Of a stretch of 64,000 bases of DNA, positions 32,456 to 43,278 are shown one piece after another. The DNA is from a virus. Taxonomy: Duplodnaviria; Caudoviricetes. How positions within the stretch are numbered: position 1 is the stretch's first letter; each line of letters begins with the position of its first letter. The notes beneath the pieces are model-generated. The model saw only the letters and a program-made list of their open reading frames with translations, was not told the origin of the DNA and did no database searches. The translations under genes were made by a program, and so were the position numbers. The stretch lies in the IMG/VR virus record IMGVR_UViG_3300022752_000016; one strand, written 5' to 3'.

Positions 32456-33075
32456 TGTCAAGTCTAAATTTATCTTTAAAAATTGATGGATTTGTAAAAA
32501 TACATGATCCTAATACTAAACAAATATTTGTTGATAAAAAAAATGCTATTAATTATGAAAATATAAGTGTAGCAATGGCTGATACATTAAGTGGAAGAAA
32601 TTACGGTGAGATATTTGAAATGGCTTTTGGAAACGGTGGAGCCAGTGTTTCCGAAACAGGAATAATAACATATCTTCCTCCAAATGTAACTGGTCAAAAC
32701 GCTGCGTTATATAATCAAACCTATCAAAAAATTGTAGATGACCAAAGTGTTTTAAATACTGATCCTACTAGAAATAAAATGACAGTATTACATACTGTTG
32801 GAAAATATTATACGGATATATTAGTACAATGTTTATTAGATTACGGTGAGCCTCCAGGACAGGCTGCTTTTGATAACAGTACTCAAACAGATTCTAATTT
32901 TGTATTTGACGAATTAGGTTTATTGGCAAATTATGGTACGGATAGTAATGGGGAAATAATTACAAGACTCTTAACTCATGTAATATTTCACCCCGTACAA
33001 AAATCATTAAATCGTCAAATTCAAATTGATTACACTTTAAGAATACAAAGTTTAACTAATTTGGTAACTATTTAA
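32455..33075 (+). CDS. Putative virion structural (baseplate/fibre-associated) protein
   Basis: 206 aa; MAFGNGG, DELGL and LLTHVIFHPVQKSLNRQIQIDY motifs; located in the tail module. Confidence 0.55.
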   Translation: MSSLNLSLKIDGFVKIHDPNTKQIFVDKKNAINYENISVAMADTLSGRNYGEIFEMAFGNGGASVSETGIITYLPPNVTGQNAALYNQTYQKIVDDQSVLNTDPTRNKMTVLHTVGKYYTDILVQCLLDYGEPPGQAAFDNSTQTDSNFVFDELGLLANYGTDSNGEIITRLLTHVIFHPVQKSLNRQIQIDYTLRIQSLTNLVTI

Positions 33076-33105
33076 GATAAATAAAATAACGGAGAGTAAT
33101 AAGAA

Positions 33106-34320
33106 ATGGCTTATACAATAGTTAAAAGTAACGGTACTGTATTAACGACAATTGCAGATGGCACTATAAATACAACAAGTACATCGTTAGGACTTCCAGG
33201 TAGAAATTATGCAGGGTATGGACAAACTCTAGACACAAACTTTGTTCATATATTAGAAAATTTTGCAGATACATCTCCTCCTAGTAATCCTCTTGAAGGG
33301 CAATTATGGTACAATACTAATACAGGAATTTTATATGTTTGTCCAAACGATGGGGAAACAAATGCTGCAAATTGGCTAGCTTTAACAGCTACGGCAACTG
33401 GTGGAACAACTACCTTTGGCCAAATAGATGTAACTGGAAATGTTACAGCAAATAATCTTTCTATTGTTAATTGGGCAAACGCTGCCAATGCAGCTTTTGA
33501 TAATTTAACTGTTACAAATAATGCCAATATAGCAAATGCTAATTTACAAGGTGTAACTACTGTTGCAAGTCTTAATACAACTTTAATTACAACGGGAAGT
33601 ACTACCACACCAGGCACTATGATTGGTACATGGACTGTAAATGGTGCAGTTTCAGGAAATGCGTTGGTATTAAATGGAAACCTATATATCGCAAACGCAG
33701 GTTCTGGGTATTACGGAATTAAAACAGACAATTACATGTATGCTAATGGTACACCTATTTCATTTGCAGGAACATATAATGACGCTAATGTAGAGGCATT
33801 GTTGCAAACTTATAATGGTCCAATATTGGCAAACACTATAACTGTAACAAATATAACAACAGGAGCTAACACTACTCCAGGTAATATAACAGGTAATTGG
33901 ATATTAACAAGTGGATCAAGATTACAAGCAACATATGCTGACTTAGCTGAACGGTTTGAATCGGATACTTCTTACGATCCTGGTACAGTTGTAGAATTAG
34001 GAGGTTCAAAAGAAATAACAGCAGTTAAATTTGATTTAAGCGAAGATATATTTGGTGTAATTAGTAGTACTGCTGCATATTTATTAAATGCAAGTGCTGG
34101 AAACGATAATACTCACCCTGCTGTAGCAGTAAGTGGTAGAGTGCCTGTAAAGGTCACTGGAAAAATTAAAAAGGGTGATAGATTGGTAAGTGCAGGTAAC
34201 GGTATAGCCAGAGCAGCAAAAGACAATGAAGCTACAGCATTTAATACAATAGGACGATCATTAAGTTCTAAGGAAACTTTGGATATGGGTTTTATTGAGG
34301 CAATAGTAAGTATAAGGTAA
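33106..34320 (+). CDS. Tail fibre/spike-like protein with gp10-like N-terminus and C-terminal Peptidase_G2-like intramolecular chaperone
   Basis: GRNYAGYG...LENFA...P.NPLEGQLWY; C-terminal ADLAERF...GTVV...GRVPVKV...KGDRLVS; SD GGAG. Confidence 0.7.
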   Translation: MAYTIVKSNGTVLTTIADGTINTTSTSLGLPGRNYAGYGQTLDTNFVHILENFADTSPPSNPLEGQLWYNTNTGILYVCPNDGETNAANWLALTATATGGTTTFGQIDVTGNVTANNLSIVNWANAANAAFDNLTVTNNANIANANLQGVTTVASLNTTLITTGSTTTPGTMIGTWTVNGAVSGNALVLNGNLYIANAGSGYYGIKTDNYMYANGTPISFAGTYNDANVEALLQTYNGPILANTITVTNITTGANTTPGNITGNWILTSGSRLQATYADLAERFESDTSYDPGTVVELGGSKEITAVKFDLSEDIFGVISSTAAYLLNASAGNDNTHPAVAVSGRVPVKVTGKIKKGDRLVSAGNGIARAAKDNEATAFNTIGRSLSSKETLDMGFIEAIVSIR

Positions 34321-34325
34321 AAAAT

Positions 34326-35276
34326 ATGTCATATGCACAATTTAATTTAATTGAAGCTTCAGATTTTAATGGTTTAGTAGGAAATTCTGTAACTACAACA
34401 TCAGGAGAACTTAATACTGTTTGGTCTACAGGAGGATCAGCCGCTGGATATGGTCAAACAGCAGTACCTAAGGTAGGACAGGGTAATAGTGTTGTTTTTA
34501 ATGATTGGGCAAATTTAGTAAATAGCACCTCAAATTCTGCTTTACATCAAGGAACAACAATAACTAGTGTTACGGTGCCTACACAGGGAGTAACTGTAAC
34601 ATATGTTAGTGCAATACAAACAAATTTAACGACAATTTATAATGGCAGACGAAATGCAGCAGCACAAGGATCAACTACTTCAAATACAGTAACCAGGGGT
34701 ACTTCATGGCAGAATGAAATAACCTTTACTAATATAGTAAGTTTTGCGAACGGGGATGCAGCACGTTATTTTTTTAATGCAGGTGGACAGATTGCTATGA
34801 CTGTAAGTCACCCAGGATCAACAGGAATTGACTTATTATTTAATAATTTAGCAAGTAACGTCGGAACAATTGTATTAAGTAGTATTTCAACAGGTACTGT
34901 TAGTATAGCATCCACCAACTATGCTGGTGTTACAAAAATTGGTGGTGGAGGAGCTACACCAACTATTGATGCTACTAAAGGTTATTATGGACTTACTACC
35001 AGTAACAGCAATATATTTACACAATTAGCTACCACAGGTTCTAGTAGTTACTTAAATTCATATATAAGGATGATTGCTAAAACGAATGGTACACAGGGTG
35101 GGAATGCTGACAATGGAAATGTAATCACAATTTATACACTTTGGGATGAGGTTCCTAATGGATTAACAGTTTCTTCTGGATCAATTACAACTTTGACAAT
35201 TCGTCCTCCTAGTACTGCACGTATTGCAAATACATGGGGAGTAATTACTTTAGCAGGGTCAGTTACTGGATCATAA
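34326..35276 (+). CDS. Putative virion structural protein (Thr/Gly/Ser-rich, beta-rich)
   Basis: 316 aa; MSYAQFNLIEASDFN start; ARYFFNAGG; follows the fibre-like gene. Confidence 0.55.
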   Translation: MSYAQFNLIEASDFNGLVGNSVTTTSGELNTVWSTGGSAAGYGQTAVPKVGQGNSVVFNDWANLVNSTSNSALHQGTTITSVTVPTQGVTVTYVSAIQTNLTTIYNGRRNAAAQGSTTSNTVTRGTSWQNEITFTNIVSFANGDAARYFFNAGGQIAMTVSHPGSTGIDLLFNNLASNVGTIVLSSISTGTVSIASTNYAGVTKIGGGGATPTIDATKGYYGLTTSNSNIFTQLATTGSSSYLNSYIRMIAKTNGTQGGNADNGNVITIYTLWDEVPNGLTVSSGSITTLTIRPPSTARIANTWGVITLAGSVTGS

Positions 35277-35298
35277 AAAAAATCTCATTAATATTTTA

Positions 35299-35306
35299 TA
35301 TAAATA
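35299..35306 (+). promoter_or_regulatory. T4-type late promoter TATAAATA (start of modification cluster)
   Basis: Exact consensus in the intergenic gap, upstream of SD AGGAG. Confidence 0.7.
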
Positions 35307-35324
35307 TTAGCAGGAGATTAATAT

Positions 35325-35633
35325 ATGAACACAGAGCAATTATTAAAAGATTCTAAAGCAAGATTTAGTCATAATTCTGCAAAATTTGCACTTAGTGAAA
35401 AATATGCAAATAAATTAATTATAGTTGAACAACATGGATTATGGAAGATTACTCCTGAAATTATTGCATATCTTAATTCTTTAGGTAATACAGAAGAAAC
35501 AATTATATTGGACGAATATAAAGATCCTAAAAAGGTTAAAGTTACTAATTTAAGAAAAAAATTTACAGAAGTTTATAATGAAGTTATGCAAGAATGGTAT
35601 AATGAATGGTCTATGTTAGAAGGTAAAAAATGA
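35325..35633 (+). CDS. Hypothetical protein
   Basis: 102 aa; SD AGGAG; downstream of TATAAATA 35299-35306. Confidence 0.75.
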   Translation: MNTEQLLKDSKARFSHNSAKFALSEKYANKLIIVEQHGLWKITPEIIAYLNSLGNTEETIILDEYKDPKKVKVTNLRKKFTEVYNEVMQEWYNEWSMLEGKK

Positions 35634-36433
35634 AAGGAGTCGTGATTTTTTGCCATAATAACGGTAGTTTTGATTATTTAGCAATGGCAAAGTTTTGTGC
35701 TAAACGTGTAAATAAATTTTTAAGTTTACCTGTAACATTAATTACAGATAAAGAAACATTTAAAAAAAGCAAAACATATTTGTTTGATAAAGTTTTATTT
35801 GTTGAACCAAATAAAAATAACTTTAAAGAAAATACAATTTGGATAAACAAGGATAGATTTAAAGTTTTTGAATTAACTCCATATGATGAAACAATATTAT
35901 TGGATAGTGATTACATCGTAAATTCAACAAAATTATTAAAAACTTTTGATATTTGTAAAGACATTTGTGTGCATAATAGTGCCTCATATATAATGCAACC
36001 TAAATTGGAACAAGAATTAGTAAGTCCATATATGGATGTAACAGCTTGGGCCACTGTAATTACTTTTCAAAAAACTAAAAAGGCTAAACAGGTATTTGAA
36101 GTAATGGAAATGATTCAAAAAAATTATAATCATTACGCTAATTTACATAATTTTATAGCAGGAACATTTAGGAATGATTATGCATTAACATTGGCACTAA
36201 GAATAGTTGATGGACATTTACCTAATATAGCAAATTACATTCCTTGGAACTTACTACACGTAGGTAGAAACACAGTAGTTTATAACTTAAATGATGATAT
36301 TAACAATAATGAGTTTTTGTTTATGTTTGACAACTGGCGTAATAATAAAATAAAAAAAGAATATATTACACTTAAGAATTTAGATTTTCATTTAATGAAT
36401 AAAAACAATTTAAGTGAGCTTATAAATGAATAA
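35630..36433 (+). CDS. GT-A fold glycosyltransferase-like protein (GT8-like)
   Basis: TPYDETILLDSDY (DxD); FRNDYAL. Confidence 0.65.
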   Translation: MKGVVIFCHNNGSFDYLAMAKFCAKRVNKFLSLPVTLITDKETFKKSKTYLFDKVLFVEPNKNNFKENTIWINKDRFKVFELTPYDETILLDSDYIVNSTKLLKTFDICKDICVHNSASYIMQPKLEQELVSPYMDVTAWATVITFQKTKKAKQVFEVMEMIQKNYNHYANLHNFIAGTFRNDYALTLALRIVDGHLPNIANYIPWNLLHVGRNTVVYNLNDDINNNEFLFMFDNWRNNKIKKEYITLKNLDFHLMNKNNLSELINE

Positions 36434-37226
36434 TGGGTTTATAGTTTTAGCACAAAATACCGATAAAGTAGATTATGTAACTTGCGCCGAAGCATTGGCA
36501 ATATCTATTAAACGAGTTATGCCAGATGCTAAAATAAGTCTTATATCAAATAATAATACCAATTATAAACATTGGGACAAAGTAATACCATTACCATATG
36601 GCGATTTGGTACCAAATAGCAAGTGGAAATTACAAAATGATTGGCAAGTGTATGAAGCAAGTCCATATGATTACACTATCAAACTTGAAGCGGACATGTT
36701 TGTGCCAAGATCGCTAGAACACTGGTGGGATATTTTGAAAAATCACGACTTAGTAATTTCTACAACTATAAGAAATTTTAAGCAGGAAATTTCTAATGTA
36801 AAAGTATATAGAAAATTTATAACAGATAACAATTTGCCTGACACATATAATGGATTAACTTATTTTAAAAAATCTACGTTAGCAAATGAATTTTTTAAAA
36901 CTGTAGAAAACATATTCAAAGAATGGGAAAAATACAAAAAAATTTTAAAATGTAATATAAATGAAGAACCAACCACTGATTTTGTATATAGTATTGCGTC
37001 ACATATATTAGGCAAAGAAAAAACTACTTTACCTTCATTTAATGATTTTAGTATGGTTCACATGAAACCGTTTATAAATGAATTTGGGATACAAAATTGG
37101 ACAAAAATATTTACTTATGAACTTTTACCTCATGTTTTTAGAATAACCACGTATCCACAACTTTATCCCTTCCATTATATAGAAAAATCTTTTGCAAAGG
37201 AAATAATTGATGCCTACGGAAAATAA
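36426..37226 (+). CDS. GT-A fold glycosyltransferase-like paralog
   Basis: SPYDYTIKLEADM (ExD in place of DxD); aligns by eye with the preceding gene. Confidence 0.6.
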   Translation: MNNGFIVLAQNTDKVDYVTCAEALAISIKRVMPDAKISLISNNNTNYKHWDKVIPLPYGDLVPNSKWKLQNDWQVYEASPYDYTIKLEADMFVPRSLEHWWDILKNHDLVISTTIRNFKQEISNVKVYRKFITDNNLPDTYNGLTYFKKSTLANEFFKTVENIFKEWEKYKKILKCNINEEPTTDFVYSIASHILGKEKTTLPSFNDFSMVHMKPFINEFGIQNWTKIFTYELLPHVFRITTYPQLYPFHYIEKSFAKEIIDAYGK

Positions 37227-37545
37227 AGATTTTATTGTTATATATGAAGCACCTGTTATTGAAAAACCTGAATTTAGATTATATTATGATGAAAAAGGTA
37301 ATGTCTTATCATACACTACTGATAAACTTGAAGGTAATTATATTGTCATAGATGCTGCAACTTTTGCTGAAGGGCGACCTGATGTAATTGTATTAGACAA
37401 TAAAATAACTAAAAAAAGTTTGACAACAATTTCTTCTAAGTATGTTCCTAGTGATAATCCTGAAGTTATTTGCCATAAGGATGATATATCAATAATAACT
37501 AATAAAAAAGGAAAAGGTTGGGTAATAAAGTTTTATGAATTATGA
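37207..37545 (+). CDS. Hypothetical protein
   Basis: 112-aa ORF overlapping both neighbours in an operon. Confidence 0.7.
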   Translation: MMPTENKDFIVIYEAPVIEKPEFRLYYDEKGNVLSYTTDKLEGNYIVIDAATFAEGRPDVIVLDNKITKKSLTTISSKYVPSDNPEVICHKDDISIITNKKGKGWVIKFYEL

Positions 37546-38497
37546 TAACATTATTGATGTTGCTGATTTAGACTGTATATATCTTAGTTACGACGAACCG
37601 CAAAAAGAAGAATTTTGGCTCAAAATAAAAAATATAGTACCATGGGCTAAAAGGGTGGATGGCGTAAAAGGAAGTGACGCTGCACACAAAGCAGCAGGCG
37701 AAAAAAGTGATACAGAAAGATTTATATTAGTCGATGGTGATAATATGCCAGATGAATCTTTTTTTAATATTCAACTTGATTTTACAGATAAAGATTTAAT
37801 TTACCATAAAGCACAATTTCGTTGGAAGGCAATTAACAGTATAAATGGTTTATGTTATGGTAATGGCGGAATGAGTTCATGGACTAAAAGTTATGTAAAA
37901 AATATGAAAACACATGAAAATCAAACTGAGGGTGACTTAACACGAGTAGTTGATTTTTGTATGGACAGTAGTGATAACATATATTGGGCAATGTGGGATT
38001 GTTATTCTGTTACATATCCAAATTATACACCTTTTCAAGCATGGCGTGCAGGTTTTCGTGAAGGCGTTAAAATGAGTCTTTACAGAGGCGAAAAACCTAA
38101 TGTACAAGATTTTAAAAACAATGTATCATCACGTAATCTTAATAATCTTACTGTTTGGCATAATGTTGGTGCAGATGTTGAAAATGGTTATTGGGCTATA
38201 TATGGTGCACGATTAGGTACTTATATGACTTTATTATCCAATTGGGACCCTAAAAATGTACAGTGGTTCGATAATTACATAGATATGTGGGAAGAATACA
38301 AGAATCTAGATGCAAATGAGTTAAATAATTCAATTGAGAATATAGGTAACATATTGTATGACAAGTTAGATTTGCCTATGTGTATTCTATCACCTTCACA
38401 AAGTAAATTCTTTAAAAGACATTTAAATTCTAATAGGTATAATCGTGGACCTTTAATAAGAGAAATGGATGTTATTCGCCAAATTGAAGGCTGGTAA
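37535..38497 (+). CDS. GT-A-like glycosyltransferase
   Basis: DCIYLSYDEP...RVDGVKGSDAAHKAA...FILVDGDN (DxD)...AWRAGFREGVKM. Confidence 0.6.
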   Translation: MNYDNIIDVADLDCIYLSYDEPQKEEFWLKIKNIVPWAKRVDGVKGSDAAHKAAGEKSDTERFILVDGDNMPDESFFNIQLDFTDKDLIYHKAQFRWKAINSINGLCYGNGGMSSWTKSYVKNMKTHENQTEGDLTRVVDFCMDSSDNIYWAMWDCYSVTYPNYTPFQAWRAGFREGVKMSLYRGEKPNVQDFKNNVSSRNLNNLTVWHNVGADVENGYWAIYGARLGTYMTLLSNWDPKNVQWFDNYIDMWEEYKNLDANELNNSIENIGNILYDKLDLPMCILSPSQSKFFKRHLNSNRYNRGPLIREMDVIRQIEGW

Positions 38498-39882
38498 TGA
38501 TTAATGAAGTAAGTACAATAAAAACCATAATACCTATTACAAACGAAATAAGTCAAACATTTTGTTACGCTAAATGGTATCATACAACAATTTACTTACA
38601 TATGGGAGAAACCCATAGTTGTTATCATCCTGCTCCCCATAAAGTTCCTTTGCAAGAATTAGAAAATAATCCAAGTGCGTTACACAATACAATTCATAAA
38701 AAAAAAGAACGTGCATTAATGCTTGTCGGTGAAAAACCTTCAGGTTGTCAATATTGTTGGAATGTCGAGTCTTTAGGTTCTGATTATGTTAGTGATAGGC
38801 ATATTAGAAATGCAAGTTTACATAGAAATAACTTTTACAACGAAATTACGAGCCAACCTTGGGATCAAAATATTACCCCAGATTATATAGAAGTGAGTTT
38901 TAGTAATGAATGTAATTTTAAATGTGGTTATTGCCATCCTAAACATTCAAGTAGTTATTACAATGAAATAAAATCATATGGGCCTTACTTAGATGTTTCT
39001 AATCATGCAAATAATATCAATTTATTTAAAATTCATAAGGAAGAGGATAACCCATATATTGAGGCATGGTGGAAATGGTGGCCTGAACTTAGCAAAAAAC
39101 TTAATATTTTACGAATTACAGGTGGTGAACCTCTTTTACATAAAAGCACATGGAGATTATTTGAACATTTAAATAAAGAGCCTAAACCAAATTTAGAATT
39201 AAATTTAAATAGTAACTTTGGAGCTAAAAATCAATTTATTTTAAAATTATCGGAAAACGTTAATAATCTTTTAAATAATAACAAAATAAAATCATTTAAA
39301 ATTTTTTCTAGTATGGAAACTTGGGGCGATAGGGCTGAATATATACGTACTGGTTTAGATATTAATTTATGGGAAAAGAATTTAGATTCTTACCTACAAA
39401 TTACAAAAAATCCAATTACTTTTATGTGTACTTTTAATATTCTTACAGTAACTTCTTTTATATTATTTTTAGAAAAAATATTAGAATGGAGATATAAGTA
39501 TAAACACTTGTTTAATAACTATGAGGATAAAAAACAAAAAATTAAATTTGACACTCCATACCTAAAAGAACCATTACAATTTGATATGCTTATATTACCA
39601 AAAAAAGAATTTTTGCCTTATTTTGATAAAATATTAAAATTTATATCTGATCATAAAGATGATAGTGATTTTACAAAATTTAGTGAATTAGAATATGAAA
39701 GGTTTCGTAGGATTCGTGATTACTTTGCCACAAAAGAATACTCAATTGAAAAAATTGTAGAAGGAAGAAATGATTTTTACAATTGGTTTAATCAATATGA
39801 CGAACGAAGGAATTTGAATTTTAAAAAAACTTTTCCTGAAATGGTTAATTTTTTTGAAGAGTCTGGAAATCTTACTAAGTAA
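38497..39882 (+). CDS. Radical SAM enzyme with N-terminal twitch/SPASM-like Cys cluster
   Basis: CNFKCGYC (CxxxCxxC); ITGGEPLL; N-terminal FCYAKW...SCYHP...GCQYCW. Confidence 0.9.
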   Translation: MINEVSTIKTIIPITNEISQTFCYAKWYHTTIYLHMGETHSCYHPAPHKVPLQELENNPSALHNTIHKKKERALMLVGEKPSGCQYCWNVESLGSDYVSDRHIRNASLHRNNFYNEITSQPWDQNITPDYIEVSFSNECNFKCGYCHPKHSSSYYNEIKSYGPYLDVSNHANNINLFKIHKEEDNPYIEAWWKWWPELSKKLNILRITGGEPLLHKSTWRLFEHLNKEPKPNLELNLNSNFGAKNQFILKLSENVNNLLNNNKIKSFKIFSSMETWGDRAEYIRTGLDINLWEKNLDSYLQITKNPITFMCTFNILTVTSFILFLEKILEWRYKYKHLFNNYEDKKQKIKFDTPYLKEPLQFDMLILPKKEFLPYFDKILKFISDHKDDSDFTKFSELEYERFRRIRDYFATKEYSIEKIVEGRNDFYNWFNQYDERRNLNFKKTFPEMVNFFEESGNLTK

Positions 39883-40624
39883 TAAAATGAATAATTTAAC
39901 AGAAATATTTTCACAAAATGTGTTAATCGATGAAAATACAAAAATTCTAGATGATCCTGTACGACATTGTATAAAAAAGAATTTTTTACCATATGATGTA
40001 GCGATTGGGATGTATAATGAAATTAAACAAATTGATAATACTTTATTAAAACATTTCACCAGAAATGGTAGTAATATGTATGAACTTATAGGAAATTATA
40101 ATGTGATTCCAATCGCATTTAACCTAATAGGTTATCTAAATAGCGGAAGTTTTCTCAAATCACTAGAAGATGTTACAGGTATTAAAGGATTGATATCCGA
40201 TCCATATATTTTAGGTGCTGGATATAGTAAGATTTATAATGGAGATAGAATAAAAGTTCATACTGATTTTAATTGGAATGATAACTTAAAATTACATAGA
40301 GCATGTTCTTTAATTATTTACCTAAGCCCTGATTGGAAAGAAGAGTATGGTGGAGCGTTAGATTTTTACGACAAATTTGGTGAAAATATTGTATCAACTG
40401 TGCCATGTTTATTTAATACCTGTTTAATTTGGAACTATAATAAATTTGGATTTCATGGCTGTACACAACCAGTACAATGTCCAAGTGATAAATTTAGAGC
40501 AGCATTTAGATTATTTTACTATACCAGTAATAGCACTTTTAAAGAAGATGATCCTCCTCACAGAAGCCAATATTGGAAAGATAACAAAACAAATTTACCC
40601 TATGACATAAAAGGATATAAATGA
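39854..40624 (+). CDS. 2OG-Fe(II) oxygenase (prolyl-hydroxylase-like)
   Basis: HTD...HG...R facial-triad pattern; WKEEYGGAL; PCLFNTCLIW. Confidence 0.85.
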   Translation: MKSLEILLSNKMNNLTEIFSQNVLIDENTKILDDPVRHCIKKNFLPYDVAIGMYNEIKQIDNTLLKHFTRNGSNMYELIGNYNVIPIAFNLIGYLNSGSFLKSLEDVTGIKGLISDPYILGAGYSKIYNGDRIKVHTDFNWNDNLKLHRACSLIIYLSPDWKEEYGGALDFYDKFGENIVSTVPCLFNTCLIWNYNKFGFHGCTQPVQCPSDKFRAAFRLFYYTSNSTFKEDDPPHRSQYWKDNKTNLPYDIKGYK

Positions 40625-41826
40625 AAATTTATACAAAAACAAACGCACACCATGGTTTTTTTGATAGGAAACATTTTTTTGATTTAAAAACATGTAAACA
40701 AGAAAATAATTGTATATATTGGTACGATCAACATGATTCTTCGGTTAGAGGAACACCTTTTCGTGATTTTTTAAATCATGAAAATTGGATTCATTGTTCT
40801 AAAGATCCTACAGCAAAAATTTTAATTTTTTATCCAGATGAGTATTATAATAGGCTTGATGTAGATGATTGGGCAAATACAATTAAAAAATATAATATAA
40901 ATCCAAATCAAATTTATATAGTTGCAATAGATGAAAATTTTAAGAATTGGACAATAAAAACTCTTGAATCATACCAAATAACTGGGGTTAACATTACATC
41001 TTATAATTATTTGCTTCAACGTGTTCAATACTCAGTAGATGCCTATAATATCAATTTAAATATTAATTTTACTAAAAAATTTAGTGCACTTAGTAGAAAT
41101 TACGGAATGTTATCAAAACCATATAGATTATTTTTATTTACAGAACTTTTTTGTAATAACTTACTGGATGATTTTTATTTTACATTCAATATTATAAATC
41201 CATATGGAGAAATTATAACCTATTCAAAAGATAAAATTAAAAATGATTTGGTAGTTGATTTTAATTATACTTTGACTCCCGCTTTACATAATTGGGTGGA
41301 CAATATGCCTTACCAACTTGAAATTGAAAATGTTTTAGATAAAATGTCTAATACCATTTATAAATATATTAATGAATCAGCAATTCATATTACCGTAGAG
41401 TCACACTTTGATCCTTTTTGGATGTTCAGAGGACATGCACACGAAAATATACAAGCATTTAGTCCTGCCTTTCCAACAGAAAAAACCTATAAACCAATTG
41501 CATTAAAAAAACCATTTATTATTTTTTCAACTCCTTATTTTTTACAAGAATTTAAAACTTTGGGATTTAAAACCTTTAGCCCTTATATTGACGAAGATTA
41601 TGATTTAATAGTAAATAACATTGATAGGACTAAGGCTATTGTTAAAGAAGTGCAAAGATTAAATTCTTTATCACAAAATGATTTTATTGCTTTATTAAGA
41701 AATTGTCAAGAAATTTGTGAACACAATTTTAACGTTTTTAAACAAATTTGTAGTAATAATATTTTTATAAATAATTTTGATTTTATAAATCATCTTAAAG
41801 ATAATGGTCAACAAATTCATTTTTAA
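40621..41826 (+). CDS. GT10-like (GT-B) glycosyltransferase-like protein 1
   Basis: ITVES...PTEKTYKPIALKKPFII...LGFKTF...IDEDYD resembles the E..TEK..P motif of GT10. Confidence 0.5.
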   Translation: MKIYTKTNAHHGFFDRKHFFDLKTCKQENNCIYWYDQHDSSVRGTPFRDFLNHENWIHCSKDPTAKILIFYPDEYYNRLDVDDWANTIKKYNINPNQIYIVAIDENFKNWTIKTLESYQITGVNITSYNYLLQRVQYSVDAYNINLNINFTKKFSALSRNYGMLSKPYRLFLFTELFCNNLLDDFYFTFNIINPYGEIITYSKDKIKNDLVVDFNYTLTPALHNWVDNMPYQLEIENVLDKMSNTIYKYINESAIHITVESHFDPFWMFRGHAHENIQAFSPAFPTEKTYKPIALKKPFIIFSTPYFLQEFKTLGFKTFSPYIDEDYDLIVNNIDRTKAIVKEVQRLNSLSQNDFIALLRNCQEICEHNFNVFKQICSNNIFINNFDFINHLKDNGQQIHF

Positions 41827-43243
41827 TTATAAATTATTAAAAAAAAATCCTTATATATATAAAGCACCTTGTATTACATTGTTAGAAAATGAACTTGGTA
41901 AAAATTTTAATACAAATCACTTAATAAGTATTGGGGTCGGTACTAGACCCCAATTATGGTGTAACTTTAATAAAAATTTGTTTAAAAATTTAAGTACTAA
42001 ACAACTTAAAACATTACAGCAAAAAAAATCAATTTTTTTAATAGATCAATCTTTAGAAGGATACTCAACTAGTTGGTTATGGGATTGGTTTCATAAAACT
42101 TGCATTGATTTTAAAGTTAATCCTAATTGTGTAATTTATATTACAGGAGACTTAAATGCAGAACAAAACTATAAAAAATTTGTTTTTAATAATAATATAA
42201 AAGAGGAAATTAAAGTTATATCGTTTTCCTACTTTGAACCATCTTTATATCGAAACTCGCAAAACTTTTTTTTAAATAAACCATTTTGGGATAAAGAACA
42301 TTTCAAAAATTTTAAACCGGTTTATAAACATTTAATAAAAGATAATGTGAATCATTGGTTTATTAAAATTTCATCGTTTGAAAGAAAACTAAGGAATAAT
42401 AAAATTTTAAAATTGTTATATTCTCTTTTAGGTCAATTTGATTTTAGTGAAAGTTTTAGTTACCCACAATTTTTTAAAATTGAACCCATTACAGTAAATA
42501 AAAAACTTCTTAACTACACTACAAATTTACAATTTAAAATTAAAAATAAACCAAGAATTAAAATGTTTGATATTTTGCAGAAACGTCCAAGAAGTCATAG
42601 AATTATTTTTTTTTATAAACTTTGGAAAAATAATTTATTAGAAAATAATATTTGTTCAATGAATACATTTGTTTATAATCCTGTTGATAATAAAAATGAT
42701 TTTGATTTTATTTCTAAAAATGATGTTGAAAATATGAACAAATTATTACCGTTACTTCCTCCTGATCATCCAAATGGGTACGGGGCAGGTAATTTTATGT
42801 CGGAAAACGGCGCTGCTTATATAAATGATATGAACATTAATATTAAGTTGCAATCTTTTTGTTCGGTAATAAGTGAAGTTTTTTATTTTGAAAAAGATGA
42901 TTTTTTTATAAGCGAAAAAACTTTTAAATCAATTGCAAACTCTCAACCATTTATAATTTTGAGCACAAAAAATTTTTTAAAAGAATTACAAAGATTAGGT
43001 TATAAAACTTTTCATCCATTTATAGATGAAACTTATGATGACCTAAATGATAAGGATAGAATGAATGCTATAATAAGTGAAATAATTCGACTGAACAAAA
43101 TGTCTATTGAAGAAAGAATAAATTGGTTTAAGACTTTACAACCAATATTAGAACATAATTATAATCATTTTCAATTTAGATATAATTATACTCTAAATAA
43201 TCTCCATGAGAATATTAAAAAGGCAACAAAAAAATTTTTATAG
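41804..43243 (+). CDS. GT10-like glycosyltransferase-like protein 2
   Basis: VISEVF...ISEKTFKSIANSQPFII...LGYKTFHPFIDETYD. Confidence 0.5.
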   Translation: MVNKFIFNYKLLKKNPYIYKAPCITLLENELGKNFNTNHLISIGVGTRPQLWCNFNKNLFKNLSTKQLKTLQQKKSIFLIDQSLEGYSTSWLWDWFHKTCIDFKVNPNCVIYITGDLNAEQNYKKFVFNNNIKEEIKVISFSYFEPSLYRNSQNFFLNKPFWDKEHFKNFKPVYKHLIKDNVNHWFIKISSFERKLRNNKILKLLYSLLGQFDFSESFSYPQFFKIEPITVNKKLLNYTTNLQFKIKNKPRIKMFDILQKRPRSHRIIFFYKLWKNNLLENNICSMNTFVYNPVDNKNDFDFISKNDVENMNKLLPLLPPDHPNGYGAGNFMSENGAAYINDMNINIKLQSFCSVISEVFYFEKDDFFISEKTFKSIANSQPFIILSTKNFLKELQRLGYKTFHPFIDETYDDLNDKDRMNAIISEIIRLNKMSIEERINWFKTLQPILEHNYNHFQFRYNYTLNNLHENIKKATKKFL

Positions 43244-43253
43244 AATTCTTTCC

Positions 43254-43261
43254 TATAAATA
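43254..43261 (+). promoter_or_regulatory. T4-type late promoter TATAAATA (epimerase)
   Basis: Exact consensus in the intergenic gap. Confidence 0.7.
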
Positions 43262-43278
43262 AATTTAAAGGAGAAAAA

